Positions 49,607 through 63,345 are shown, counted from the whole stretch's first letter. The stretch is DNA of 63,657 bases, filler included, from Octopus bimaculoides (GCF_001194135.2; 3 parts of 3 records of this genome joined end to end with filler, not necessarily neighbours in it); one strand, 5' to 3'. Made by a program: numbers and translations. Notes: generated by a model from the letters alone, not told the origin.

Positions 49607-51079
49607 GTAATTATTTGTTTTAGTTACTCTTGATTGATTTTATAACTCTGTCTTACAAATTACTCAGTGATATTAATAAATGACAATGTGATTACTATAT
49701 GATACCATTGATTGTTCTAGATGCAGGGGAGTAGCAAAGTGTAAGGGTAATTTTCTGGCAAACTGTGTTCCCTAACTGGTTTTAATCCTTTACTGGAGCT
49801 ATTTTGCCACCTTCTCCTCTCTAATACAACCCCACTTATTTAGTTGTAGGATCTTTTTCTTTTTCTGTCTTACAACTTACTTGATCTCACTAGTGCATGA
49901 AAAAGCACCTAGTACATGGTGTAAGGTGACTGGCATTAGGAGGGGCATCCAGCTGTAGAAACCATCCCAAAGTTAACAATGGAGCTTGGTGCAACCTATC
50001 AAACTGTCCAATCCATGGGAAACAGACTTTAAATGATGATGATAATGATGCTAATATCCTCAAGAAAGACATGAACATCACAGCTTCTCATTTCTCCTAA
50101 ACACTAAAGCTTTGTGCAAGTGTAATAAATTGATACTTCTAGCTTCAGGATTGAAGAATATCACAAATACCTAAAATTCTCATCTGTGTTCCTCTTTACT
50201 AGGGACTGAACACTCATTTATTATCATGCATTTAGAAACCATTATAAATAAACTCATAATATTGCATAAGCTTCATAATGTTAATGTTTTCTTTAGATCA
50301 ATAATGATGGGATATTTAGAGAAAATAAGCTTTATAACAATTCTGTAATGTTACCTAGTTTATTATATCACTTTCACATTTTTTGTTTGTTTTATTCCAG
50401 AAACTTTTTTGTTGTTTAACCTTAATTCGGTTCTCACCAACTTCTCTTTTTGTATATTAGCAACTACATTGTTCAATGTATTCTTTTTTTTTAAGACAGT
50501 AACTTTGTTGCTATTTCTGACAGATTGATGTTTTAAAACATTTGTGATAATTAGTTCACCTCTTATAAAGTATCTCTGTAGGTTTGTTAATTCCTGACTG
50601 CATTTGCAAATTCTATCTCTGATTGTAAACCATTAGACAGATATTAATCCATATTTTTTTCAATTTATTGGTGGAATAAGACAAACAGAATTAAGTCCTT
50701 GCATAATAATAGAATACAATATCAGTGATTGTATATGAGCAAAGCACCCACACTCTGAGAGTGTGAATGCTTTGCTATCTTTGACAGTGTGGAAAATTGT
50801 CATGTCCTTTCAATACTGGACCTTTTGCGACTGCCTCTTGTTCTATGATACAAACTTCCTGTTTTAAAGAAATCCAAATTAAAAAGTTCCATTAAAATGT
50901 CATGTGGATTTATGTTCCAACACCAACTGAATTATGACAGTTATTTTACTGAATTTTTCATTGCTTTCAAAATTAATTGAAATAAACACAGTGTATTTCA
51001 ACAGAAATATAGTAACAAGAAAGCTAATAAAAGATGATTTTAAACTTTAACTGAGTTTAACTCCATAGTAAATAAATAC

Positions 51080-51960
51080 ATGACCAGACATGGGGACATG
51101 CACCTTTGCAGCATGTTGCTGCATTCACCATTTGTTGGTATATTCCTGGTTACCTCCCAGGTAACCCATCAAGTAGAATCCCTGTCAGTCTCCATCTCCA
51201 TAATATTACCTCCGCATCTACTGTGACCATGTAGCATGTGATCAACATGTGCTGTCAATCCAGCTGGATGCAAGGTGAAGAGACCACAGCAAACAGGGTC
51301 TAACTTGGAAAATTGAGCAACATGGCCAAACAGTCTGAATCATATAAGTAACAGGACATGTCCCAGTTTCTGAGTGAAGTCGTTGGTTGGATACAAAATC
51401 CAACCAACTGTAACCCTTAACCCTGCAAAGGGTCCTGGAACCAAAGGAGTTTAAATTTCTACAACAGTGTCCAAGTCTTGCACCTATAGAGCAGGATAGG
51501 GAGGATCAGAGACCTAAAACCCTTAACTTTTGTCCTCCTGTGCATATATCAGCAGCACCAAACACCCTTGTCCATGAATGCACAACTGCACAAGCAAGTC
51601 CAAGTCTTTTTAGGACTTTAGACTCAGCTAATGCTGCTATGAATCTCACTGCTGAAATGGTCAACAACTTTGACATTCTCACCTGCAACAGAGACAGACA
51701 AAGTGGAGTCCTCCAAGAAGCCAACAAAGGACTGGAGTTTCATCTTGACCCAAGAGACTCTAAGGTCAAATGGTTCTGTTTCCTCATTCAGTGAAAGGAG
51801 AGCACTCCTTAAGACATCCAAAGACTCAGTAAGAATAAGTACATCATTAGCAAAATCTAGGTCTATAATCCTAGTTTCACCAATCAGTGCACCACAACTT
51901 GCTTGAGCCACCATTCAGCCAAGTATCCAGGCTATGCAGGCATTGAACAGATGCAAAATA
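51080..51960 (-). mobile_element. Degenerate RTE-type LINE RT fragment (ADAT1 intron 3)
   Basis: Minus-strand peptides DLDFANDVLILTESLDVLRSALLSLNEETEPFDLRVSWVKMK and ESKVLKRLGLAC match RT domains 5-7 of RTE elements, with frameshifts. Confidence 0.8.
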
Positions 51961-52151
51961 TCCTATCTTCTTTTTACTAAAGAGATGGGAGCCACAGAGA
52001 CAAAAAGTTTGACTAATATTTTATGGTGGGTGGCAGGGCTGAATATTTGTGAGTTTGAGAACCCCTGCTCATTGATGCCTTTTTAAAATTCATATCTAAC
52101 CTAAAAATGCACTGTCTGACACACAACAAACTAAACACATTATTTAATCAA

Positions 52152-52667
52152 CTCTTTACTCTTACTCTCTTTTTTACTCTTTTACTTGTCTCAGTCATTT
52201 GACTGCGGCCATGCTGGAGCACCGCCTTTTAGTCGAGCAAATCGACCCCAGGACTTATTCTTTGTAAGCCTAGAAGTTATTCTATTGGTCTCTTTTGCCG
52301 AACCGCTAAGTTACGGGGACGTAAACACACCAGCATCAGTTGTCAAGCAATGTTGGGGGGACAAAGACAGACACACAAAAACATATACATACACATACAT
52401 ACATACATACATATATATATATATATATTTCATTTTCATTTTATCTAGTTTCAGCTCATGAGCTGTGGCCATGCTGGGGCACCGCCATATATACACATAT
52501 ATACGACGGGCTTCTTTCAGTTTCCGTCTATCAAATCCACTCACAAGGCTTTGGTCAGCCCGAGGCTATAGTAGAAGACACTTGCCCAAAGTGTCACGCA
52601 GTGGGACTGAACCCAGAACCATGTGGTTGGTAAGCAAGCTACTTACCACACAGCCACTCCTATGCCT
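52152..52667 (-). mobile_element. SINE family A, full length (ADAT1 intron 3)
   Basis: High identity to the 4822-5227 copy. Other copies or fragments: 6262-6650(-), 9181-9385(+), 10112-10487(-), 44080-44250(-), 48535-48670(-), 49063-49467(+), 60540-60600(-), 62255-62320(-). Confidence 0.85.
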
Positions 52668-53157
52668 AAATACTTTTCCAAATTATATCGTAGAATTCTG
52701 AAACTTTCACTTTTGTACTCTCACCAATAACTAATCTCAAAGTATTTAAACTGAACCATAACAATTTTAGCATCGTACCCACAATCAGAGAAGGCTGAAA
52801 TGGTTATGGGCACTCTTTCTTTCTCTCTTCATCCTCCCTCTTTGTCTACACCTTTTCTCCTTATTTCTTTGTATTCTTTTTATCTCTCCACTTCCTCTTA
52901 TTCCTCATTCTCCCATTTCTTCCTGTTCTGTACTTCACTTCCCTTCTTTCTCATCTCCCTCTTTTTACCCTTTTCCTTCTTCTTTTCTTCCTCTTTCTTC
53001 TCCTCATTTCAACCCCCACTCCACTGTACTTCCTCCTTATCTTTTATCTCTCCCACAACTAATTCTAAACTCCTTAGGTAACCAATGAATATAGGCTTTA
53101 CATACTATGATATACTATTGTATATCTATATTACTTAAACAATTTCCTCACTTGCAG

Positions 53158-53294
53158 GTTCCTTTATCACGAGATATCATTGGTTTATAATGGTGAAGAG
53201 AGTGAAGTGTTTGTGTTGCCAGCTTCAAAAGCACACAATCAATGTCTGCTTAAAAATAATGTTGAATTTCAATTTTTCATGAGCAGTACACCAT
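53158..53294 (+). CDS. ADAT1: ADAT1 exon 4 (RFLYHEISLVYNGEESEVFVLPASKAHNQCLLKNNVEFQFFMSSTP)
   Basis: Acceptor cttgcag|G and donor T|GTAAGT; 137 nt, phase 2-1. The frame is open and leads into the PCGD motif. Confidence 0.94.
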
Positions 53295-54395
53295 GTAAGT
53301 ATTATGTATCTTCATCACCATCATCAACACCATCACAATTGTCAAAACCACCACCACCACCACCACCACCATCATCGTCGTCGTCATCATTTTGACCTGT
53401 TTTTCATACTTGCATGGGTTGGGTTGGTCTTCTTCAGCACAGTATCTCACCAATGGTTGCAGCCCCTTCTTTGACTGTAGCTATTATCAGTTCTCAGTAA
53501 ACTGAGACTTGTTTGGTGAAATTTATATTCCTTGGATGTCTTATTGTTCTACAGCATAATTCTTCTTGATCCTGAATTTTGTTATAGGTTAGAAATGGTC
53601 TACTACTCAGGGTCTGTGGCAGTCACTGCTGAGTGTGAATGGCAATTTTAGGAATGATTTCTCATTGCTCTTACTAATGAAATGGGTGGATCATTTCAAA
53701 TTGATAAGGTCAGTTGTGGCTTTGCTTTCTTTAGCTGTGTAAATGGTATTGGTGGATTACTATGTGCTGTTGATGTGTTGTGGTGCACTGAGTTGAAGTG
53801 TTGTAGGTGTCAGTGGATGTGGGGCATGGATTGTAGTTGGAGGATTTTAAGCTGAGTCAGATTTGTTGTTCAGTTGCTGTAGCAATTCATTTGAAGACTA
53901 TTAATTTAAAAGGGTTTTGTATGCAGGCAAGATGAAATGTTTCCTGCTTTTTTATTAAGAACATTTGTTATTAGCTTCTTCATAACTCATAGATTATATC
54001 TGTTACTTCATCTGTTGTACATTTTAGACTTGGATGCTTCATCTTATGGAAGAATCCTTTTAGTCACTAGAGAAATTTAGACAGTGGACGAGTGACCAAG
54101 ACCTTTGGCATTATGCCGTGCTTGAGAAGACCCATCAAGCCAAGTAAAATCATAGTCATGGCAAATAGTGATGTCATGCAATTGGCACCTGTGCCAGTGG
54201 CATATAAAAGCACTCATTACACTCTCGGAGTGGTTGGTGTTAGGAAGGGCATCCAACTGTAGAAACCATGCCAGATCAGACTGGAGTCTGGTGCAGCTTT
54301 CCAGCTTACAAGCCCTGGTAAAACTACCCAACTCATACCAGCATGGACAATTGAGAGTAAATGGCGGCGGAGGAGGGGGAAGAAGAAGAAGAAGA

Positions 54396-54428
<33 letters not shown>

Positions 54429-54772
54429 CATTGTCGTTGTCAAATTGTTTTTTTCTGTTTGTGAGCAAGGCTATATATTGCATATACCTGGATTGAAGGT
54501 GTTTCTGGTGAGGTACATGTATAATTTCAGGGCTCCATTAGTATCTGTGACATCATTTCTGCATACCAGTTCATTCTCATGCAACAGTTGGTTGTGCATC
54601 TTAAGTTACAAAGATGTTTGAGTGATACAGTGGTTAAAAGTTTGTAATCTTATGTTACCCAGACAACTGTAGTTAACTTTCGTTATATTTCAATTAAAAT
54701 CTTTTAGTATCTATGACATCAACATCATAAGAGATTTAATTGATATCTTGAATGCTACATTTCCTTAAACAG

Positions 54773-54981
54773 GTGGTGATGCTTCCATATTCCCAATGAT
54801 GCCTGAAGATACGTTCTCTAGGATTGGAGAGGTCTGTGTAAATGTTCCAAGCCACACAAACTCTTTAGAGGAGGATCAAATCAAACAAACAGCTGAAGAA
54901 CCAATTGCTAAAAAATTTAAAATTGATGATGGCATGTGTGAAAGCTCATGTGAAAGACTTCAGTTTCCTGGAAAAGATAAT
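54773..54981 (+). CDS. ADAT1: ADAT1 exon 5 (CGDASIFPMMPEDTF...PIAKKFKIDD...FPGKDN)
   Basis: Acceptor ttaaacag|GT and donor AAT|GTGAGT; phase 1-0. Completes PCGDAS (zinc-ligand Cys) and encodes the variable linker with a basic KKFK patch. Confidence 0.93.
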
Positions 54982-56277
54982 GTGAGTTATATTTACAGAT
55001 CTGTTATCCCGAATACTCCATGTCAATAATGTAAGAGCATTTCAAACAAAGCCTAGATTGGGAATAAAAGGAATTTAGTGTGCAAACAGAAAACCCCTCA
55101 GGCTCTATCATCATTTTCCCTATATTTGCTTCCTCTTGATGGGATGGGATCTGGGCAGGATGTTTTCACATAACGTTTTATGGTTGGATGCACTTCCACA
55201 TTCTAACCCTTTTAGTCACTGTTTATGACATGGAAATACATTGTACTTATTGTTAAAACAGAGATATATACTTCATTAATTGATGATAACCTGGTGTATC
55301 TATCAAAGATATACATGGAGTGTAGAATGTTACATTAAAACAATATCAAAAGATAAATTTAGTCAAAGCTGAAATATAGTTAGGAGTAAACATTTGAAAA
55401 TTTCTGTAACATCTGTGAAATGGTATTGTACATTATACAAGAAAAAGATCTTTAGATGGATAATAATTGGTTTACTAAAAATAGCAATGATTAGCTAAAT
55501 ATGGAGATTATACTACACAGATACTTGAAGATGTAGACAGGTTCTGCCATTTAGTTGAAATAATTATTACCAGAGGTGAATTTCATTAAAAAAAATATTG
55601 TAACTTGGGTAAGAATTATATGGAAAAAGCTTAAGGGACTGTTACCTTAGCTGGCAAGGAATATCTTATTTTGCATAAGGAGCATAATGCCATATAATAG
55701 TGAAGCTTGGACAATGAGCATAGAAACCTTTAGTGGATGGAAAGAAATGAACTGAAGGTAATCCATTGTATGTACCATGTCAATTTACAAAAAAAAATCG
55801 AGTAAAGTGAATTGAGAAAGTGGCTTGGTATCAGTGCCAGAGGGACTATACAGGCAAGTAAAATCTATTGAATCCAGTTTATGGTCAAGTACTTGTCTCT
55901 TTAAAACTTATATACATAAGTCTGTTTCCTTATTGTCTTTAGTTATAAGGTGTTGTCTTTTTTCATTAAGTTTCATCTCTTCAAATGAACCCTCAGTTTC
56001 AGCAATTTCAACTGAAATATTCCAGCTTTCTACAAGGAAGCACTAATTTCTTGTGTATGATATAAAATACCTCTTCTGAAGAAAGTAATTCATTTAAATG
56101 AAAAACTTTCTTTTTCAGAAAACTTACACTGTTTTGGCCAGTGTTGTATCATAATAATTTACTGTTCATGCTACAGATTCTGTTCATGCTACAGATTCTG
56201 TTCATTGCAAGTTTTGTCTACTTTCATGTCACTTAAAATGACTTTAACATTCTAGAATTAATAATATTGTATTTCAG

Positions 56278-56552
56278 GTGAAACATTTGACAGATTCATC
56301 ATTTGCTTTGGCTGAAGACATTTTTCGAACAGGTGCCAAGTGTGTGCCCTTTGGAAAACAAGATACCTATGAACCAGGAATTAACTATCATTGCATAAAT
56401 GCTCTCAGGATTAAGCCAGGCCGAGGGGACCGTACACTTAGCATGTCTTGCAGTGATAAAATTGCCAGATGGAATTTTCTGGGATGTCAAGGTGCTTTGT
56501 TGAGCCACTTCCTTTTCGAACCAATTTACTTCAAGTCTTTTATTATTGCAAA
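56278..56552 (+). CDS. ADAT1: ADAT1 exon 6 (VKHLTD...[10 protein letters not shown]...[49 protein letters not shown])
   Basis: Acceptor atttcag|GTG and donor AA|GTAGGT; phase 0-2. Contains the RTGAKCV, KPGRG, SMSCSDK (third zinc ligand) and GCQGALL motifs typical of ADAT1. Confidence 0.97.
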
Positions 56553-57960
56553 GTAGGTGCTATGTATTTTATTCACTTGTTTTTACTGTTTTGCATCCAT
56601 TTTCCAATGGGATGGTTTTTTCGTAAATTTGAGTACTGTTGGAGCAGTTGTTTTTACAGTTGGGCAATCTTCCTATCCTTATTACTCTCTGGGGCACAAA
56701 TCTCTCATCTTTTATCATATATTTTATTCTTTTCGGAACTGTAAATCTATTATCTATAACCTATCTTTGCTAAACTAGACACTATATTCCAGCATTGTTC
56801 TAAAAGGGGACGTCTGCATGTGCATGGAATCCATTCACATCTCTTCCCTAAATATTAATAAAGGCTTCTCCTTAGTCTGATTCAAAGTTTCTCTTCATCA
56901 TTTCTATAAGTTAATCTTATGTCTATATATCTATTCTACTCTTCAAGCTCCTCCAACCACCACTTGTTATTTTCTTTTCTTTCATCTTTGAAGACATTTA
57001 TCAGACTTCATCTCTGTTTAAAATCATCGTCTTCAATAATTTCAAAGTATACAACTCGTATTCACTTTGACATATATCCAAAACAGACATCTCTGGCACA
57101 GAGGCTGAAATATTTGCAGATGTTAGTCTTCTATTCTGATTAGGCCCAAGAAACAAAACATCAACACTCTTGACTTCTTTCTTATCTTCTTTCAGCCTTT
57201 ACCTTTCACCTAGCCAGCACCATTTCTGCACACATGAGACTGTCTGACAATTATAACAACTCTCACATTTTTCAACTGTACAGCATACTCTTCTCTCAAC
57301 AAAACAGACTCAGAAAAGCAATAACCATTGTAAGAATGATGGGAGAACACAGAGAAGATAAAAGTATATTTTTAAGCTAGTGATTGCAACATTTTAATGA
57401 TTTATGTAGTTTAGAATGTTTGTGTTAGACATAAAGTTGCACAAGCTACATATTTCATAGCACACTGCAGCTATGATCTGTGCATCTCTAAGCGGTTTTA
57501 TAATTTCAGTAATTTATAGATTGGGGCCTGGTGTAGCCATCTGGTTCGCCAGTCCTCAGTCAAATCGTCCAACCCATGCTAGCATGGAAAGCAGACGTTA
57601 AACGATGATGATGATGATAAAGATGGTTATTGTTCTTCTTGCTTAACCCCCACTTCACGCTTAATCAAATAGACCTATAGTTAAAGACCTTTCAGTCAGC
57701 CTGTCTTTTATTCACCTATTGTGTGATTTTCATTTATTAATATGGGATATAAAGGAGATTTGGTTGCTATTTCTACCAGATTAAGCAATCATGTAAAATC
57801 TCTCCTGCTCAAGTACATATGATTTATAGATGTGATGTATGTAGGCTGTTATGGTCAGACAGCATTGACTCTATTGACAGTAGTCTGTTAATCATGCATT
57901 TCTCCAGAGCATTACTGATATAAGTGAAATGGATTTTACAATGTGTAAACTTGCCTTGCA

Positions 57961-58011
<51 letters not shown>

Positions 58012-58050
58012 TGTGGAAAGAAGGGATGTATTTCCATGCAGGAAAAAATA

Positions 58051-59833
58051 TAGGAGAATTTTTTTTTTGAAAATGCACCTGAATTTGAAAAACTTGTAAT
58101 TGTTTTTAAATAAATTTATTTACATACATACCAAACTAGTTTCAACAATTTTTTTGTTTATCAGTGGTATAAACATTTATTAAACAATGGGATTTTATAA
58201 ATTGTAAATTGCAAAGTAGAAAGCATGTATATAATTAAATTCAATGACGGGGTAGATAATATCAAAAATGATTGGCAAAGAATATAAAATGTGGATTATT
58301 AAAATTTTGGTCATGTTGAGTTAAGAGAGAGAAATAAGAAAAGAAGAGAATAAAAAAGGTTTGTTTTTTTTTACAGTTTCTGTCATCTTGTGTTTGATTT
58401 TTTTTTTCTGTCGTGTACAAGGCTTTTCACTTGTAATGGAGTGTTTTGGAATCAGTGTATTTATAAGTTTTTCTGTGAACAGATCTAATTTTTGATTCGT
58501 CATAATTCTGATGATGTCTTATTCTTTCTGGTGGTCAAGTTTGGTGTTCTGCCTGGTTGACTTCTCTGTAGGGAATGGTCATCAACCGTTCCATTTGGTT
58601 GATTCTCTTAAAGGGTCAGTGTTTTTTTTTTTCCTGAGGGCCTGGTTCTGATCAGAGGTAAAATTTCATTGGTCTAGAGATAGATGACATCAGCAACTGG
58701 TGTTTGAGAAGGTGTATGGTGTTATTGTATAGTGATTTGGAGTTGTGGTTTCGAAATCCAAGGGGAAGATTGTTACTAAATTATGTCTGTTGTATCTGGG
58801 GTTTTTTGTGAAGAAATTAAGTTTTTCTTCTTTTTAGTGTTTTTTCTTCTTTATAAAGGATATTTAGCTGTGGCTTATATTTTTTAATGAGTATGCTTTC
58901 CTTATTCAATCAGAATTGGGTTGAATTGTTTCTGGTGCATTGATAGAGAGGGAAGATTTAATATTTCAGGTTTATGTTTGTGGGGCATTGGTCTAGGTGT
59001 TTGCTTATGGGAATTTTCCTAGTTGTGGGGTCCTGGATTTGTTGCCTGTGTACCATCAGTCTGTCACTCAAGGTCAAACTAGTTCGACCTATGTAGTCTC
59101 CATCACACCCACCACATTTGAGGACACAGATTAAGTTCTTCAATGCACAGGTGCAGTGATTTTTATGGTGAAATGCTCCACAGACATAAACCCGAAATGC
59201 CAAATCTTCCCTCTCTATCAATGCATTGGAAACAATTCAACCCAATTCAGATTGAATAAGGAAAGCATACTCATTAAAAAATATAGACCACAGCTAAATA
59301 TCCTTCAGAAAGAAGAAAAAACACTAAAAAGAAAGAAAAAAAAATCAGTTTCTCCACAAAAAAACAACCAGATACAACAGACATAATTTAGTAACAGTCT
59401 TCCCCTTGGCTTTCGAAACCACAACTCCAAATCACTTTACAATAACACCATACAGCCTTGTACACGACAGAAAAAAAACACAATCAAACACATGACAGAA
59501 ATTGTAAAAAAAAAACCTTTTTATTCTCTTCTTTTCTTATTTCTCTCTCTTAACCCAACATGGCCAAACTTTTAATAATCCACATTTTTTATATTCTTCA
59601 CCGATCATTTTTGATATTATCTACCCCTGCCATTGAATTTTGTGAACGTTTAATCATTTAAGCATGTTTTTTACTTTGCAATTTACAATTTATAAAATCC
59701 CATTGTTTAATAAATGTTTATACCACTGATAAACAAAAAATTGTTGGAACTAATTTGGTATGTATGTAAATAAATTTATTTAAAAAGAATTACAAGTTTT
59801 TCAAATTCAGGTGCATCTTAAAAAAAAATTCTC

Positions 59834-59836
<3 letters not shown>
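58051..59836. mobile_element. Penelope-like retroelement remnant forming a large fold-back (GIY-YIG endonuclease C-terminus)
   Basis: The minus-strand frame gives NLICVLKCGGCDGDYIGRT..L..R...H, the PLE GIY-YIG pattern. Inverted arms are 58051-58424/59454-59836 and 58713-58989/59172-59454. Confidence 0.85.
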
Positions 59837-59889
<53 letters not shown>

Positions 59890-60059
59890 CCAACTGTTTA
59901 TATGTTTCTACTCAATGTTATATCTATTTTCCCACTCAGTACCTCCACTTGGTGTTGTGTGTCAGCCCCAGCTTGATATTATGTATTTCTCCATTCAATA
60001 TTGTACATACGTTCCAATTTAATTTAGAATATTTTCTGGTTATCTTGATCATGTTTTAG

Positions 60060-60253
60060 GTGTCCATTCAGTATTGATGCTGCCCACAGAGCTCTTATGG
60101 GAAGATTTGAAACACAAGCTGAATCACTTCATTTACCTGAAAGTTATCTCATGAACAAACCAAATATTTTACAGTCCTCTCTCTCATTTGCTGACAATAA
60201 AAACAACTCCAAGACTGGTAAATTGAAAGAAAATGTTATTCCATGTAGTACAA
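60060..60253 (+). CDS. ADAT1: ADAT1 exon 7 (KCPFSIDAAHRALMGRF...KPNILQSSLSF...VIPCST)
   Basis: Acceptor gttttag|G and donor A|GTAAGT; 194 nt, phase 2-1, open frame. KCP....A..RAL.GR matches ADAT1. This exon is not in the supplied ORF track. Confidence 0.92.
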
Positions 60254-60752
60254 GTAAGTAAATGATAAAGCAAACAAAATACAAAATCAAACTGCAAACA
60301 AGTGAAAGAAATTGACTAACATCAGGTATCTGTATTTCCTGTTTGACTATTTATTATCAGCAATATCAATCATGGGATTTTAGCTTTTGGTATTAGCAAT
60401 GTAAAGAGAAACAACTTCTATTGGGTGTAGATGGCTCAGCCAAAAAATGATAAATTCATTGAGTTGATAGAAAATTAAAAGGGCAGAACCGATTCTTATT
60501 AGTAACAAGTTAGACAAATATCTTCTACCATTGCCTCAGGGTTTCCAATACTATGTGAGTAGAATTTGGTAAACAGAAACTGTCAAGCTCATTATGAATG
60601 AATGAATAAGTGTGTGTGTGTGTGTATGCATGCGCACGCACACACCTGTGTGTGCATGTATGTATGTATGTATGTAAGTATCTGTGTGAATCATCACTGT
60701 TTAATGTCTTTCTTAAACAATGATGATGATGATATATGTATATACACACACA

Positions 60753-60970
60753 CAAGTGGGTGCTGAAAAGTTCCTGGCTCTGGGTAAAATAAAATACAGG
60801 AGGAGCAGTTAATTATGATTTTATTCAGCATATTCCTCTCTCAGGTTCACAACACTTATTGCAGTGGTCCTTCAGTTTTTCTAAGCCCTGTAAAAGAACT
60901 TAGAAGGTTGGGCCTCCAACCAAGCCTTTCACAATACCCTAAAAGCCAGGAACATTTCAGCACCTGCCTC
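60753..60970. mobile_element. Mariner-derived MITE (ADAT1 intron 7)
   Basis: TIRs ggtgctgaaaagttcctggct / agccaggaacatttcagcacc; ~220 bp with no coding capacity. Confidence 0.75.
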
Positions 60971-61798
60971 ATATATATATATACACATGTGTGATATAAT
61001 TATCTGTAACCTAATGCCATAAAGTGTTCTCCGATGAGCCATTGTTGTTGAGCATCTGATAAATGTACTTAGAATACCCATTGTAGTGTTCTAAACAACC
61101 ATAATGGTGAAATGTGTGTAGGAACTATAATATAAACTAGTTTTTATCCTTATTTCTTCTAAACACGTGCGTGTGTAATGTATGTCTTGTGCTAATATAT
61201 ATCATCAGCAAAAAATGTAATCATCATTGAGAAATCTGAAACACACCTTCATATGAAATCCTATGCAATATTTGTGCTGTACTGAATGACAGATACTCCC
61301 TTGACACTTTAACTATCAGAAATGCTATGAATTCACTACTGACCCATTAGAAATCTAACTAACAATGCTATTGTTCACAAATTATGAAATAAACTAAATA
61401 AATGCTAAATGAACAACATCAACAACAAAAATGAACAACTTTTACTGTGGAGTATTAAAACTGATTAAATATTTGATGTTAACAGTTAGGTTTTTCAGAA
61501 ATATAAGTTGAAACCCTTTTGGAATTTGGCCCTGGTTTAAGGTATTATTTTACTGGGCCCACAGTCATAAATTTAAACACTACAGTGCTTTGTTATAGTA
61601 TGTCCTTAAGTACTACCTGTTTCAGTTGATCTAACAGGAATAAGGTACCATTTTTATTTCAAAAAATTTGGTATTTACATAACAAACTCTAGTATGGATA
61701 AAAATTTATAAAAATAAGAAGGAAAAATAAAATAAATAAATAAATAAAAGAATGGTATTGATTTCTACCATGTTTCAGAATTTGTCTTCTTTTTGCAG

Positions 61799-61901
61799 CA
61801 ATAATTTGGTATAAGAATGGTGCAAATGCAACTGAAGAAATTGCAGTGAATGGCAGAAAGCAAGGTGCAACATTGAAATCGATAAATAACTGCTCAGCCC
61901 A
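61799..61901 (+). CDS. ADAT1: ADAT1 exon 8 (TIIWYKNGANATEEIAVNGRKQGATLKSINNCSA); gene continues beyond the window
   Basis: Acceptor tttttgcag|CA and donor CA|GTTAGT; phase 1-2. I.W and NG..QG motifs of the ADAR/ADAT1 C-terminal region are present. No further in-phase exon was found before the window end. Confidence 0.9.
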
Positions 61902-63116
61902 GTTAGTAATTAAACATATTCAAAATATAAATCATTGTTTCTTACAATCCTAAATGGCGAGACAGTAACATGATCATCATTGTTTTATCATTTTAACATC
62001 CACTTTTACATGTTCATATTGGGTGGACAGAATTTATTGAAGCAGATTTTCTATGGTTAGATGCCTCTCCTGTCACCAACTCTTATCTATTTCCAAGCAA
62101 AGTGATATTTCAATATGACCAAGCATGTTTTCATGGAAGGTAGTCCATGAAGGACTACTCGTGTGATGGTGACATTCATTTGCGACTATCACATGAAGTC
62201 AGGGCAAGGAGACAGTAGTACATACATAAATGCATGCATGCACACTCACACACACTCAGGGCTATAGTAAAAGACACTTTCCCAAAGTGCCACACAGTGT
62301 ATCTAAAACCACACGGTTAAGAAAGAAACATCATCATCATCTAACATCTGTCTTCCATCCTGGCATGGATTGGACTATTTGACAGGATGGCAAGCCAGAG
62401 GACTGTACCAACCTCCATTGTTTGTCTTGGCATGGATTTTGCAGCTGGAACCCCTTCCAAATGCCAACCACTACAATAAATGAAACATATGCAACTGTTA
62501 TACCATATTGCTTGGTCTGCTCTTAATGTTGCAATTCAATGATGCATTCTAAATGGCAAAGCATTTAATAAGAAATTGTTCAATTGTTAACCCTTTATTC
62601 TTTTTGTACACTCAATTGCAGCTTGTATCTGAGATGCTGTTGACCTGCTTCTTCCTCCAACTTGCTTATATCTCCAGTTATATTCACTAAAACAAAACTC
62701 AGCGTTGAGTTATATCTTTCTTTACTTTCTATTTTATTGATATTGATATTTCTATTGCTACTAAGGTGGCAAGCTGGCATAATCATTAGCATGTCAGGCA
62801 AAATGCTTAGCAGTATTTTATCCATCTTTATGTTCAAAGTTCGAATTCTGCTAAGGTCCACTTTTCCTTTCATCCTTTTGGGGATGATAAAAGAAGTGTC
62901 TGTTGAACACTGGGAACAATGCAACTGACTTATCCCATTCTCCAAACTTGCTGGCCTTGTGCCAAAATTTGAAATTAATACTTCTGCTACTTCTACTATG
63001 ACTTTTTCACCTATTGCACCATCTAAACCCCTCTAATGCTCCCCTGTTTATCCCCCATTACTTCAACAGTGTCTCACACCCAGCCCCAAATGTCTAACTG
63101 AATGGTTCATCTAATT

Positions 63117-63345
63117 CAGTGGTTCTCAACCATTTTTTGCCTATGGACCCGTTTTATTCCTATTTTACTCAGATGGACCCTCATAAACAGTTGTTGTTTA
63201 AGAAATCCTATTATATTTTTATAATTGATTATTAAGAATTGTATTAAAAAAATTGTTAAAATGCTGTGTGTACTGTAGAAGTATAACCGTTTTCATTGCA
63301 CATAAATTTTAACAACCAAATCTTATATGGACCCTGGTTGAGAAC
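63117..63345. mobile_element. hAT/Charlie-like MITE
   Basis: Left TIR CAGTGGTTCTCAACC; right TIR GGTTGAGAAC truncated by a family-C insertion. Confidence 0.65.
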
